A DNA stretch of 63,822 nt, filler included, from Lama guanicoe (lineage: Eukaryota), in the NCBI GenBank assembly GCA_013239625.1. It is 168 parts of 168 records of this genome, joined end to end, with 100 filler letters (N's around TTAATTAATTAA, not from the genome) between each part and the next. Parts side by side here need not be neighbours in the genome. Positions count along the whole stretch, not along the records: positions 11,776 to 12,055 come from PNXV01052599.1; positions 12,156 to 12,435 come from PNXV01052600.1; positions 12,536 to 12,815 come from PNXV01052601.1; positions 12,916 to 13,195 come from PNXV01052602.1; positions 13,296 to 13,575 come from PNXV01052603.1; positions 13,676 to 13,953 come from PNXV01052604.1; positions 14,054 to 14,333 come from PNXV01052605.1; positions 14,434 to 14,713 come from PNXV01052606.1; 160 more parts are not named here. One strand, given 5' to 3'. Below the pieces are notes generated by a model. It saw only the letters and a program-made list of their open reading frames with translations. It was not told the origin of the DNA and did not search any database. Shown in pieces: positions 11,676 to 24,502 of the stretch. Both the position numbers and the translations under genes were made by a program. Position 1 is the stretch's first letter; every line of letters begins with the position of its first letter.

Positions 11676-12535
11676 NNNNNNNNNNNNNNNNNNNNNNNNN
11701 NNNNNNNNNNNNNNNNNNNTTAATTAATTAANNNNNNNNNNNNNNNNNNNNNNNNNNNNNNNNNNNNNNNNNNNNGTATCTTCTGTACAAAAAAGAAATA
11801 CATATTCATTATAAACAATTTGGGACAAAGAATACGTAACATAAAAAAAGAAATAAATATACTTAGTAAAATTGCAGTTCGGAAGTTAAAACAAAGGAGT
11901 GCATAAGGTCAAATGAGGCAAGAAAGAGGGAAAGAACTTGGGAGGAGAGAAACAGGGAGATAAGAAAGGGAGAATAAACATCTTTGGGGATTTGCCTGGA
12001 GATGATGAAGAGTTTTGTTGCCTGGATATCCAGTGGTTTATTTAGCTAGATTAGTNNNNNNNNNNNNNNNNNNNNNNNNNNNNNNNNNNNNNNNNNNNNT
12101 TAATTAATTAANNNNNNNNNNNNNNNNNNNNNNNNNNNNNNNNNNNNNNNNNNNNGCGGAAGCCGCAAGATCTGGGCGGGACACCTCCTCAGAAGCTGGA
12201 ATTGAAGTTGGGAGTGGGGAGAAAGTAGTCACACTCACCTGTGAGGGAGGCAGGGAGGCCTGCGGAGCCCCCACCCCAGCGGACTCGCTTTCCGCTTTCC
12301 GCTTTCCACGTACAAAAGGCGATCAGACAGAGGATCTGAGGTGAGAGGGGATGGGGGTTGGGAGGGTAGCCAAACTGGAGAATGGTGGTTGGACAGTTCT
12401 GGAATATTCTCACTGCCAAGTAGTCTTAAAAAAAANNNNNNNNNNNNNNNNNNNNNNNNNNNNNNNNNNNNNNNNNNNNTTAATTAATTAANNNNNNNNN
12501 NNNNNNNNNNNNNNNNNNNNNNNNNNNNNNNNNNN

Positions 12536-12815
12536 ATTTTTGGATTGTGTTGTTTGATATTTTCACTTATTAAGTTGTATGAGCTGTTTATATATTCAGG
12601 AAATTAAGCCTTTGCCAATCTCATCTTTTGCAAATATTTTCTCCCATTTTTAGGTTTTCTTTTTGTTTTAATTATGGTTTCCTTTGCTGTACAAAAGCTT
12701 GTAAGTCTAATTAGGTTCCATTTTTTAATTTTTGCTTTTATTTCTATTGCCTGGGTAGGATGCCCGAGGAGAACATTGCTAAGATTTATGTCAGGTAATG
12801 TTTTGCCTATGTTTT
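12536..12815 (-). mobile_element. LINE-1 ORF2 fragment
   Basis: ttgcaaatattttctcccat...tttcctttgctgtacaaaagctt; reverse complement of the region seen at 31542-31822. Confidence 0.9.
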
Positions 12816-13675
12816 NNNNNNNNNNNNNNNNNNNNNNNNNNNNNNNNNNNNNNNNNNNNTTAATTAATTAANNNNNNNNNNNNNNNNNNNNNNNNNNNNN
12901 NNNNNNNNNNNNNNNTAGAAGAAGTTGAGTTTCTGCATTCAGATGGAGAAGTGCTGAAGTTGTCAATTCCAGTTTTGCTGTAAGATCAGCATTCTGCATG
13001 AAGAAGATAAAATTATTTGGTAATGAGATTAGCAGACTGAGAACATCCTAACTCTAACCCAGCATCAAACGTTGAAATAAATTCAGTTACAATAAAATGG
13101 TATCTACCTTGTGGAATGGAGAAACTCAAATTACTCAGAAAATAAAAAAAAAGTTCAAACCACCAAGAGTCACAAAAATATATTGTTTACTGTCANNNNN
13201 NNNNNNNNNNNNNNNNNNNNNNNNNNNNNNNNNNNNNNNTTAATTAATTAANNNNNNNNNNNNNNNNNNNNNNNNNNNNNNNNNNNNNNNNNNNNAAACA
13301 GACATGTCAGCTGTTAGCACACTATCTTAATGCTGTCTAGGGCTCTTGTTGTATTCAAGCCAGAAGAGAATTGTTGGTTTTGTTTTTTTTTAAGAGCATG
13401 AGCATGAAATTCTAAGTTGCTCATAGAGCACTATGTATTTTTTTTTAGGTCGTGTTTTACTGCTTTAATTCAAAAGCTATTACATAAAGCGTACATAGCA
13501 AAAGCGAGATAGGATGTACTGTTCCGTGTAAGTTACAGAAATGAGTCAGTTTCTAAGTATAAAAATACAGGTATTNNNNNNNNNNNNNNNNNNNNNNNNN
13601 NNNNNNNNNNNNNNNNNNNTTAATTAATTAANNNNNNNNNNNNNNNNNNNNNNNNNNNNNNNNNNNNNNNNNNNN

Positions 13676-13953
13676 TAGTTTGGTGCAGCCACTATGGAAA
13701 ACAGTACGGAGATTCCTCAAAAAATTAAAATTAGACTTACATATGGTCCAGCAATCCCACTCCTGTGCATATATCAAGAGGAACCTCTAATTCAAAAAGA
13801 TACATGCACCTCTGTGTTCACAGCAGCCCTATTTACAACAGCCAACATATGGAAGCAACATAAATCTCCATTGACAGACGACTGGATAAAGAAGGTGTGG
13901 TATTTTTATACAATGGAATACTACTCAGCCATAAAAAATAAAATAATGCCATT
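13676..13953 (+). mobile_element. LINE-1 ORF2 C-terminal fragment
   Basis: PAIPLLCIY...FTAALFT..WKQHKSPLTDDWIKKVWYFYTMEYYSAIK. Confidence 0.95.
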
Positions 13954-14053
13954 NNNNNNNNNNNNNNNNNNNNNNNNNNNNNNNNNNNNNNNNNNNNTTA
14001 ATTAATTAANNNNNNNNNNNNNNNNNNNNNNNNNNNNNNNNNNNNNNNNNNNN

Positions 14054-14333
14054 GATACAAATGAACTTACTTACAAACTGAGAACAGAGTCACAGACGTA
14101 GACAATGAACTTATGGTCACCAAAGGGCAAAGGATGGGGGTATAAATTGGGCATTTAGAGTTAGCAGATACAGAATACTATACATATAAAACAAACAGCA
14201 AGGTTGTACTGTAGAGCACGGGAAAGTGCATTCGATACCATGTAATAACATAATGAAAAGAATCAGAAAAATTTTATATATATAATATATATATATACAG
14301 ACACATATAAATAAACTGAATCACTTTGCTGTA
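14054..14333 (+). mobile_element. LINE-1 3' UTR
   Basis: gatacaaatgaacttacttacaaa...acttatggtcaccaaaggg...aactgaatcactttgctgta. Confidence 0.85.
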
Positions 14334-16499
14334 NNNNNNNNNNNNNNNNNNNNNNNNNNNNNNNNNNNNNNNNNNNNTTAATTAATTAANNNNNNNNNNN
14401 NNNNNNNNNNNNNNNNNNNNNNNNNNNNNNNNNATTATTTCCCTAACATCTCTCTACCATCCAGTAGAATCCACATCACAGGGACCAGACAAGGTGCTGG
14501 GCATCCAAGCAGAGTGATTCGTTTGTATACACGAAAACAACCCTGGAGCACTTAAGAAAGCGCACCTGGCTTGCAAAAACACCAAAGCACAAAATGCACC
14601 ACCCCAGAACAGAGGAGTGATCCGTGGAACGCAGGCCTGCGGGCTGGACCGACAGCCATCACCGCTGGGCTGTGACTGACAGCTGGCTCTCGGAGGAAGG
14701 AACACTTCCTTAGNNNNNNNNNNNNNNNNNNNNNNNNNNNNNNNNNNNNNNNNNNNNTTAATTAATTAANNNNNNNNNNNNNNNNNNNNNNNNNNNNNNN
14801 NNNNNNNNNNNNNCAGTGCTCTCTACTGACCCTATTCTGTCCTCTGGCCCAGAGGGGAACAATTTTCTTCACAACCTTCTCAATTACTTTTCTTACAAAA
14901 CCAATGCCTTGCTCATTCCTTCCAAGTCCTACCTTCCTGCCACCCAAAAACCTGCTCCACTGAGGGGAGTCTGCTGGTAGTTTAAAAGGGTGGATAGCAA
15001 GGACATGTTTCAATAGTCACCTTTTCAAAAATACCTCTACCCTCAAATAAGTGAAAATATTCCAATCTGCTGCCTGTATGTTTCAAGCAATGTNNNNNNN
15101 NNNNNNNNNNNNNNNNNNNNNNNNNNNNNNNNNNNNNTTAATTAATTAANNNNNNNNNNNNNNNNNNNNNNNNNNNNNNNNNNNNNNNNNNNNTTTTAAT
15201 TTGATCTGTAGAGCAGTCCTGAATGTTATATCATCCGAATTTAATATAAATGAAATCTGAGGCTTAGAGTGTTTAGGGAGAGAAGCCACAGTCACAGAGT
15301 TAATTTACATCATGGCCAGGAGACCTCAATTTATCTGATTCAAAATTTTGTTTTACTGTATGTCTGTTACCTCATTTCAGAAGTAAATTCCTGTATAAAG
15401 TCACAGAATCATTTCAGACAATTTGTAATTATTTTCATTTGTACGAAATCATAGAAAAGCAATAAAATCCGTGNNNNNNNNNNNNNNNNNNNNNNNNNNN
15501 NNNNNNNNNNNNNNNNNTTAATTAATTAANNNNNNNNNNNNNNNNNNNNNNNNNNNNNNNNNNNNNNNNNNNNCTCTATACATTCGTATTAAATGAATCA
15601 TGCACGTTAACTTTCATTTTTTCTTTTCCTTCTCGGACTGAAATGAAAGCAAGATGTTGTAGAGGGAAACTTCTAGGATGTAAGGCTAATGAGACCCTGG
15701 AACTGTGGTTCACCAGGGTTTTGGCTGCGGAACCTCAATGTGTTATGAACTCTTAGATAAGAGTCAGATAAACACTCAAGTGCATTTTTGTTGTAATAAA
15801 AGATATATTTTGTGGTGGTGGTTTGATCATATTCTCATTGAAGTAAGCAGGGCNNNNNNNNNNNNNNNNNNNNNNNNNNNNNNNNNNNNNNNNNNNNTTA
15901 ATTAATTAANNNNNNNNNNNNNNNNNNNNNNNNNNNNNNNNNNNNNNNNNNNNTCTGCGTCCGTGCCCCTGGTGCTGCAGGCTGCTTCATACACTCCCCC
16001 GAACAGACCTCCCACGCTCCCCAGGGGTGGTGGGTGGTCGGGAGGTGAGAAGGGGCAGCAGGTCTAACCGCTGGGTCGGGAGCTGCCGTCTCGGCGCCTG
16101 CCGCTCCCAGCAGCACACGGAGCTGCCAATTAAAGTCAGTTTCAGGCAGGGCCAGTGCCTCCAATCCTAGCCTCTCAGTGACCCAGGGGCACCCCACTGC
16201 TTCTTGTGGGCACCCCCCCGCAGGGATTCACCTNNNNNNNNNNNNNNNNNNNNNNNNNNNNNNNNNNNNNNNNNNNNTTAATTAATTAANNNNNNNNNNN
16301 NNNNNNNNNNNNNNNNNNNNNNNNNNNNNNNNNACTCATTCTCTAGAACTCTCTTATATGTCTTCTCTTCCAGGGAATATTGTGATCCAATGTCAGTCCC
16401 ACATTCTTGGTTAAGTATCTAAGTGCTCCATCTTTACCCTTAGGTAATGATTCATTTATTTTTGTTTCTCTGCTTTTCAAACTATATGGTTGTCTACCC

Positions 16500-16605
16500 C
16501 AGCTTGATGGTAAGATCCAGGAGAATAGGACTGGGGATGGTATTTTTCATCCTTCTGTCCTCAGAAGCTAGTCTGGTAGAATAAGACTTCAGGCATATTT
16601 TCAAT
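16500..16605 (+). mobile_element. LINE-2 3' end fragment
   Basis: gatggtaagatccaggagaataggact...; L2 3'-like. Confidence 0.4.
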
Positions 16606-18233
16606 AATCATGGNNNNNNNNNNNNNNNNNNNNNNNNNNNNNNNNNNNNNNNNNNNNTTAATTAATTAANNNNNNNNNNNNNNNNNNNNNNNNNNNNNNN
16701 NNNNNNNNNNNNNCTAATGTTATTGCAAACTATTTAAAAACCTTTCTGTACTTTTATTTATTTTGACAATTTTCTCTACAGATTTATTACTTTATATTGA
16801 TGACAGAAGAGTAAAACACAAAGTAATAAAATATAAAAATTTAAGTAAAGAATAAAAAAAGTAACACGCGGCAAACTTCAGGAGGTCTAAATGAAGCAAT
16901 GATGCTATTAACTTGCATATTCTTCTTAAGACAAAATACATTTTTTATAAATCAAATCCCCCTAATCTGAGTTTAAATTGTTACTCTGGGATTNNNNNNN
17001 NNNNNNNNNNNNNNNNNNNNNNNNNNNNNNNNNNNNNTTAATTAATTAANNNNNNNNNNNNNNNNNNNNNNNNNNNNNNNNNNNNNNNNNNNNAAGCTGA
17101 GTAGTTACCGTTAGGAGAGTGTGACCAATGATGCCATCTGTCCCATCAATCCACGAGAATAGCATGACGATCAAATATATTAAAGGATTTGTCATATATT
17201 TAAAATAATAAGTTACTGTAAATTTATCCAGACTTGAGGTGGTTATGATACACAGAATATGAAGTGTAAATACCCAGAGGAAATATGTAGATGTTTTACT
17301 TGACACAGAGGGATTATGAATTGGTAGAAATATTTCACACAGCCTCCTCTCACTCACGCTTATTTACATCTAANNNNNNNNNNNNNNNNNNNNNNNNNNN
17401 NNNNNNNNNNNNNNNNNTTAATTAATTAANNNNNNNNNNNNNNNNNNNNNNNNNNNNNNNNNNNNNNNNNNNNTGCACTGAGGTACAGTTCTAATGAGAA
17501 ATTGAAAGGTGACATTTTCAAAGTCCGTATGTAGGTCTCAGAGTACTTTCTTCACAGTCTTAGTACATTAAAAAAAATAATTTTCTTCCCTTCCTTTTAA
17601 AATAGTAACATTGAGCAGTTTTGCTGTTATTTCAAAGAACTGCCCGCCGTGGAGTTAAGGAATGGGAAGACAGCAGGAAGGCGGACGTACCACACCAGGA
17701 GCCAGGGGGACAACAACGTGTGAGTCTAAGAATGTGTCCTTTCTGGCTTTGAGNNNNNNNNNNNNNNNNNNNNNNNNNNNNNNNNNNNNNNNNNNNNTTA
17801 ATTAATTAANNNNNNNNNNNNNNNNNNNNNNNNNNNNNNNNNNNNNNNNNNNNTAGGACTTAAACCTGGTCTGGATCTAAAGCTCAACTCTTTCCTCTTT
17901 ATCATCTACCACTGCCTTGTCTGCTTTAAAGGAAATGTTTATTCAATCACTAAAGCTATCTTTCCTGTTTCTACCATTATCAATTAAAAATAAAATCATC
18001 AAAATGAACAAGAATTGAGAAAGGATAAAAACGGATGAGCCCATAGGATCCGGTAATGGTGATGCACACTCGTGTGTGATAACCTAAAAATATCAGTATT
18101 CTTCAAAGAAAGTCATTTCAAGCTAATAGTCATNNNNNNNNNNNNNNNNNNNNNNNNNNNNNNNNNNNNNNNNNNNNTTAATTAATTAANNNNNNNNNNN
18201 NNNNNNNNNNNNNNNNNNNNNNNNNNNNNNNNN

Positions 18234-18513
18234 CAGTAAGGATGGAACTGCGAGCACCCTGGATGAGGGCGGCCTTGAATCCTGCGAAAATACCCTCCTA
18301 AGAGGCCGAGAAGGACACGCAGACGCACCCAGGGAAAAGGCCGCGCAGAGACAGAGGCAGACGTCGGGCGGTTGCGTCTGAAACCGGGGGAGACTCGGGG
18401 CCACCGGGAGCTGCAAGGGGCAGGAAGGACCCTCCCCTAGAGCCGTCGGAGGGAGCGTGGCCCAGCCCACACCTTGATGTCGGACTTCTGGCCTCTAGAC
18501 CTGGGAGAGGGGA
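18234..18513 (+). mobile_element. MaLR LTR (MLT1B/C-like)
   Basis: ggcaggaaggacctcccctagagcc.tcggagggagcgtggccc...caccttgatgtcggacttctggcctc. Confidence 0.8.
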
Positions 18514-19753
18514 NNNNNNNNNNNNNNNNNNNNNNNNNNNNNNNNNNNNNNNNNNNNTTAATTAATTAANNNNNNNNNNNNNNNNNNNNNNNNNNNNNNN
18601 NNNNNNNNNNNNNGGAGAGAATGGTCCATGGTTGCAGCGTGCACTGCGCTAAACGGGCGGGCTGCGTTGATTTCCCGTTATACGCTCCACTGTAAAGGTC
18701 GTAATTGGGGTTAGTTTAGGTGATAAAGTTTGCACATATTAGAAGATGGTGGCTAGAAGGGAAGCCAAAAAACTAATAAAATTCATAAAGTAGCCATGTT
18801 AGGTGCACAGGAAGCTCTGTCCCGCCCCCCGCCTATCCTATCAGGACTAAGGTACCAATTTCTTATTTTGGCCATGAGGGGGTCTAAAACATANNNNNNN
18901 NNNNNNNNNNNNNNNNNNNNNNNNNNNNNNNNNNNNNTTAATTAATTAANNNNNNNNNNNNNNNNNNNNNNNNNNNNNNNNNNNNNNNNNNNNTTGAGGT
19001 TTATTCTGTGATGAGGTTAAGTTACTTGAAAACAGTTTGATCATTGGGGGTGTTGACTTTTAAACTGTTGTTACGTGGAATTATCATTGTGTTTAGACTG
19101 GATGTTAATTTTTCCCACTGATGACTACCCTTACAGATGAGGTTTTCCTCCCTGGATCATGGGATCAAGTGCTAACCCCTTTCCTGTGTGAACTCTGACG
19201 ATTTTGTTAATCCCTTTTGTTACCGAAAAATGTGTTACAGCTTGGTGTTACAGCTCAGTTGTGACAGCAACCTNNNNNNNNNNNNNNNNNNNNNNNNNNN
19301 NNNNNNNNNNNNNNNNNTTAATTAATTAANNNNNNNNNNNNNNNNNNNNNNNNNNNNNNNNNNNNNNNNNNNNAAAAAAAAAACCTTAAAAGTGCGGCCA
19401 TGGGGTTTGCTTAACATTAAGTATTTAGAGGGCTACTTCGAAATACTGTATGTAGTAGGGCTGTGCACTGATCCTCTGGGGCATGATGCTCTCACTCCTG
19501 TATCCCAGCAAAGGTAAGGGACCAGGTTCAACAGTGATCACACTTCCAGAGTTAGGTGAGTGGCCAACTTGGGTGAGAAAGCCAGGGACATCCATGTGTT
19601 TGTACACGGACAAGGGAAATCCACCCTGAATCCAGAAATTCAGACATGGAATGNNNNNNNNNNNNNNNNNNNNNNNNNNNNNNNNNNNNNNNNNNNNTTA
19701 ATTAATTAANNNNNNNNNNNNNNNNNNNNNNNNNNNNNNNNNNNNNNNNNNNN

Positions 19754-20020
19754 TTTGTTTCTCAAGATGTAGATTAGAGGGTTTATAATGGGAGGGACAA
19801 GCTTATAAAGGAGGGCTAAAAATTTGCCAACTCCTGTAGAGACAGTCTGTTTGGATTTTATATACATACAGGTAAGGATGGTATAAAAAAAATCACTGTG
19901 AGATGAAACCCACAAAATGTCATTTTCTTTCTTCAGATTACTTAATCCCTGTAACTGGTAAGAATCCACAGTGACACTGTTATAAACAACAAAGGGAAAC
20001 TGTAAGAATAATACAATAAA
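19754..20020 (-). pseudogene. Olfactory receptor pseudogene, TM5-TM7
   Basis: CGFHLTVIF lies in one frame and MYIKSK..KFLALLYKLVPPIINPLIYILRNK in another, indicating a frameshift. Confidence 0.85.
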
Positions 20021-20133
20021 TATTACTTTTTTTNNNNNNNNNNNNNNNNNNNNNNNNNNNNNNNNNNNNNNNNNNNNTTAATTAATTAANNNNNNNNNNN
20101 NNNNNNNNNNNNNNNNNNNNNNNNNNNNNNNNN

Positions 20134-20413
20134 AGTGTCCGAATGTAATCTTTTGCTCATTATGCCCTCATTTCAATAAAATCAGCCTTGTAGATTAGAA
20201 GTACGCATCATGCACCAACACCATGACACTTCCCATCCAGACTAAATAAGGACAAAAAAATCTCTCCTTTCTTCGGGAAGGTGGAGCTGGGATGAAAATC
20301 AGGGAATATAACCCCAAACCTTTCCCTCTCCAATAGTCCGCCCATTCATTTCTACACTCTATGTAACCAACTTGCGGAAGAAACTCAGGGCAGCTGCTCA
20401 CCCGAGCCTGCCC
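20134..20413 (+). mobile_element. Probable ERV LTR, same family as 5698-5977
   Basis: Shared motifs with 5914-5977. Confidence 0.6.
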
Positions 20414-22033
20414 NNNNNNNNNNNNNNNNNNNNNNNNNNNNNNNNNNNNNNNNNNNNTTAATTAATTAANNNNNNNNNNNNNNNNNNNNNNNNNNNNNNN
20501 NNNNNNNNNNNNNCCCACAAACGAAGTCTAACTCTGATACCAAAAATAAATAAACAAAAATACACCCAAACAAAACAGACAGCAGTAGCTAAAACAAAAA
20601 TAAAGAAGTAGAAAACCAAATCTTTCACCTGTAGATTAAAAAAATTCTATGTAAAATAGAGAACAAAAGTCTTAGTAGGGTTATAAAACAAAGAATCTTC
20701 CTTAACTTGATAAAAGAGTAATTAAAAGAACCTCATCAAAACATCATACTTAACAATGATAAGTGACTAGAAGCAGTCAGTTTCACTGAAGTGNNNNNNN
20801 NNNNNNNNNNNNNNNNNNNNNNNNNNNNNNNNNNNNNTTAATTAATTAANNNNNNNNNNNNNNNNNNNNNNNNNNNNNNNNNNNNNNNNNNNNGGGTGCT
20901 AGTTATCCAGCTGCAGAGCATATGAAAAATTCATCAAGTTGTACCCTGAGGATCTGTGTGCACTTTACTTCCACTTCAAAAAAAAAAAAGGAATGTTAAC
21001 AACTTGAAAGTAACAAGATTTGATCACAGACTAGATGTGCAGGTAAAGAACAGCTCTTAGAAATAAATGCTGTTTGTCACCCGGATGATGGGCTGGCCGG
21101 TAATAACATTTAAATGAGAAGGGTGGGGTTATTAGTAACAGCTTTCCTTTTGGATCTGTAGGGTTTGAAGGGCNNNNNNNNNNNNNNNNNNNNNNNNNNN
21201 NNNNNNNNNNNNNNNNNTTAATTAATTAANNNNNNNNNNNNNNNNNNNNNNNNNNNNNNNNNNNNNNNNNNNNTGATGCTTTGCAGGACACCTAGGGTAT
21301 TTCTTTCAGGGAGTATTACTTCCACTTTTAGGCAGGAACAAGAGCTGGGAGGAAAACAGCGGCACGGGCTGACAGCTCGGAGGTGATCAAAGGAGGGAGC
21401 ATGAATGGCTTGCTCTGCCAGCCATTTATTAAAAAAGAGAGGGTGCTCCCGGGCCTCTCGAGGCGGGAGAGCAGGGATTAGGATCAAATAGAGAGAAATC
21501 GGCCTCACTTCCTTTATTCAGGAAGTAAAAATGCATATATATATATATATATANNNNNNNNNNNNNNNNNNNNNNNNNNNNNNNNNNNNNNNNNNNNTTA
21601 ATTAATTAANNNNNNNNNNNNNNNNNNNNNNNNNNNNNNNNNNNNNNNNNNNNATCATAATTATCTTATGTTCACTGTCACTATTCCTAGCTATGCTAGA
21701 TTCTTCTCCATGGCTCCCTTGCTGTGGTCTTCTTCCCTACCAGGTTTAGACTTTCTGCTTCATTGCCTGAGGAGCCTGCTGTTTCCATGGTTTGGTATCT
21801 CTGTTGATGTTCTTGGACCACGGGAGACATCAGAAGAGAGCTTCACAATCATGCAGATCTACCCATTACTATTTCATTCTGCCCAATTCCAGTTTGGCAC
21901 TCATTGTTGCATAGAAATCTTTGGTAGATTTCTNNNNNNNNNNNNNNNNNNNNNNNNNNNNNNNNNNNNNNNNNNNNTTAATTAATTAANNNNNNNNNNN
22001 NNNNNNNNNNNNNNNNNNNNNNNNNNNNNNNNN

Positions 22034-22220
22034 ATACACACTACTATATATAAAATAGATAAATAATAGGAACCTACTGTATGGCACGAGGAACTACATT
22101 CAATAACTTGTAATAACCTATAATGAAAAATAATCTAAAATATATGTTTATATATGTATAACGGTGTCACTTTGCTACATACCTGAACCATTAGAAATCA
22201 ACTATCTGTCAATAAAGAAA
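22034..22220 (+). mobile_element. LINE-1 3' end
   Basis: acactactatatataaaatagataaataataggaacctactgtatggcacgaggaactacattcaataacttgtaataacctataatg. Confidence 0.85.
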
Positions 22221-22413
22221 ATTTCAGTGTTACATGTCAAAGTTTGTGCTTCAAAGTAGACTAATAGTCTTGAAGTAAGAAATGCAGCAAACTAATGAGA
22301 AAGCATCCATTTTNNNNNNNNNNNNNNNNNNNNNNNNNNNNNNNNNNNNNNNNNNNNTTAATTAATTAANNNNNNNNNNNNNNNNNNNNNNNNNNNNNNN
22401 NNNNNNNNNNNNN

Positions 22414-22550
22414 CTGCAAGTCTGTTTCTGTTGTGTAGATGAGTTCATTAGTGTCTTCTTTTTTTCCTTTTCTGAGATTCCACATATGAGTGATATGCTG
22501 TGGTATTTTTCTTTCTCTTTCTGGCTTACTTCAGTTAGAATGACGTCTAT
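22414..22550 (-). mobile_element. LINE-1 ORF2 end / 3' UTR fragment
   Basis: gattccacatatgagtgata...tttctttctctttctggcttacttcagttagaatga. Confidence 0.85.
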
Positions 22551-23170
22551 ATTTACAAAAGAGTCAATAATCAGTTTCCCTTGAAGTAAAATTTTCAATA
22601 GCAAAAGTGTAGACCAGAAAATAAAGCAGGCAACAGTTTTCAGTTCCTTAGCAGACAAGTGGAACCACGATGCCCTTCTTGTCTGAATCTNNNNNNNNNN
22701 NNNNNNNNNNNNNNNNNNNNNNNNNNNNNNNNNNTTAATTAATTAANNNNNNNNNNNNNNNNNNNNNNNNNNNNNNNNNNNNNNNNNNNNGTGAGAGGCG
22801 CTCTCTCTCCCGGCCAGACCTTCCCAGCATCCCTGAACTCTGCAGGGGAAAGGCCCTCCTCGAGGGGCGTGCATACCTGGTGAGCGGTGGGGGCCGGGAG
22901 AAAGGGCAGTGCTTCCACTTTTCAGCACTCGCCTTGTCTCAGAGTCACCTGAGAGCTCTCTGAAGCAGGCAGAACTACCCAGGCCTAACCTTTCCAAACC
23001 CAGGGAACCACAACTTGACGCTGGGGCTCAAGCATCTGACTTTTCAAATCCGTTCATTTTCTATACAGCGNNNNNNNNNNNNNNNNNNNNNNNNNNNNNN
23101 NNNNNNNNNNNNNNTTAATTAATTAANNNNNNNNNNNNNNNNNNNNNNNNNNNNNNNNNNNNNNNNNNNN

Positions 23171-23450
23171 TAACATTTGTTTTGTTGGTGGTTTTACAGG
23201 GGCACCATGACCTGACCCATGTGGGCAGCTGCAAGAACAAAGAATTCATACACCAAGAAGTTTGTGACAACCAACCACACTCCCTCCCCTTTTTAGTATA
23301 AAAGAAGCCTGAATTCTGACTTCAGTAAGATGGTTCTCTAGGACATTAGTCTGCCATCTTCTTGGTCTGCTGGTTTTCCAAATAAAGTCATTATTCCTTG
23401 CCCCAACACCTCATCCCCTGATTTATTGGCCTGTTGTGTGGTGAGCAGAA
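23171..23450 (+). mobile_element. ERV1-type LTR (MER41-like) with TATA box and polyA signal
   Basis: tataaaag (23298) ... aagatggttctctaggacattagtctgccatctt ... aataaagtc ... tattggcctgttgtgtggtgagcag. Confidence 0.7.
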
Positions 23451-23976
23451 NNNNNNNNNNNNNNNNNNNNNNNNNNNNNNNNNNNNNNNNNNNNTTAATT
23501 AATTAANNNNNNNNNNNNNNNNNNNNNNNNNNNNNNNNNNNNNNNNNNNNTACTGAATCAAGCACTTCATTACCAGGGAGAAGGGGGCAGGGAGCAGGGG
23601 CTCCCCCAATGTTCTCTGTACTCTCTCTCAGCACCAATGCTCTGAGATTCAAGCCAAAAACAGGAAATGGTTTCAGATTTTACAGATCACGAAGGGAATG
23701 GAAAGAATCTGTCCAGCTCCCCCATTAATGCGGAAGGAGGGCTGAGCTCTCTCTTCCGACCCGGCTGCCTGGAATCTGCAGTGGGGCATCCCACCCAGAG
23801 GCTGTGCTCTCCTGGGAGCTGGGTGGCAACNNNNNNNNNNNNNNNNNNNNNNNNNNNNNNNNNNNNNNNNNNNNTTAATTAATTAANNNNNNNNNNNNNN
23901 NNNNNNNNNNNNNNNNNNNNNNNNNNNNNNTTAATTATATATCTTAGAATCATCTTCTTCAGAGCAATGTACTCAC

Positions 23977-24003
23977 CTGGGTACAATGATGTCTTCTGCC
24001 AGC
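23977..24003 (-). CDS. 27-bp phase-1 micro-exon (xWQKTSLYP), butyrophilin/BTNL type
   Basis: Strong acceptor ttttgtttacttgcag| and donor CAG|gtgagt. Size, phase and W-x-K-x-x-L-[YH] pattern fit BTN pre-B30.2 exons (e.g. BTN1A1 WKKATLHA). Confidence 0.65.
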
Positions 24004-24310
24004 CTGCAAGTAAACAAAATGAGAAAATATGATTATGCTTTCCTGGTCCTTCTCATATCTTTTCACCTCTCCTCACCATCATTCTCTAAGTATTCAGTTA
24101 CTTATTTACCTCTCCATCCCTTTCCTTCCTCACAATAGTATGTCCATACCTTTAACTTGAAAGTGGCTGGGTTTGTGTATGTGTGTGGAAAAAATTAAGT
24201 CAGAAGGAAANNNNNNNNNNNNNNNNNNNNNNNNNNNNNNNNNNNNNNNNNNNNTTAATTAATTAANNNNNNNNNNNNNNNNNNNNNNNNNNNNNNNNNN
24301 NNNNNNNNNN

Positions 24311-24502
24311 TTAGAAAAGGCAAGGAAATGGATTCCTCCCTAGAGCCACCAAAGTCATACAGTCCTGCCAACACCTTGATTTTAGCCCATTGAGACAAAT
24401 TTTAGACTTCTTCCTTAAGAACTTTAAGATAATAAAGTTCATGGCGTTTCAAGCCACCAGGCTTGGAGTAACCTGTTACAGCAATCACAGAAACTACTAC
24501 AC
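24311..24502 (+). mobile_element. MaLR LTR 3' part (MLT1D-like)
   Basis: aaaggcaaggaaatggattc.ccctagagcc...gccaacaccttgattttagccc...aagccacc...tgttacagcaa...aactactaca. Confidence 0.85.

Noticed and set aside
17094..17357. Hydrophobic minus-strand ORF, possible GPCR
   Set aside because: No OR, V1R or TAS2R motifs; AT-rich bias explains the hydrophobicity
18706..18721. Telomere-like ttggggttagtttagg
   Set aside because: Too short and degenerate
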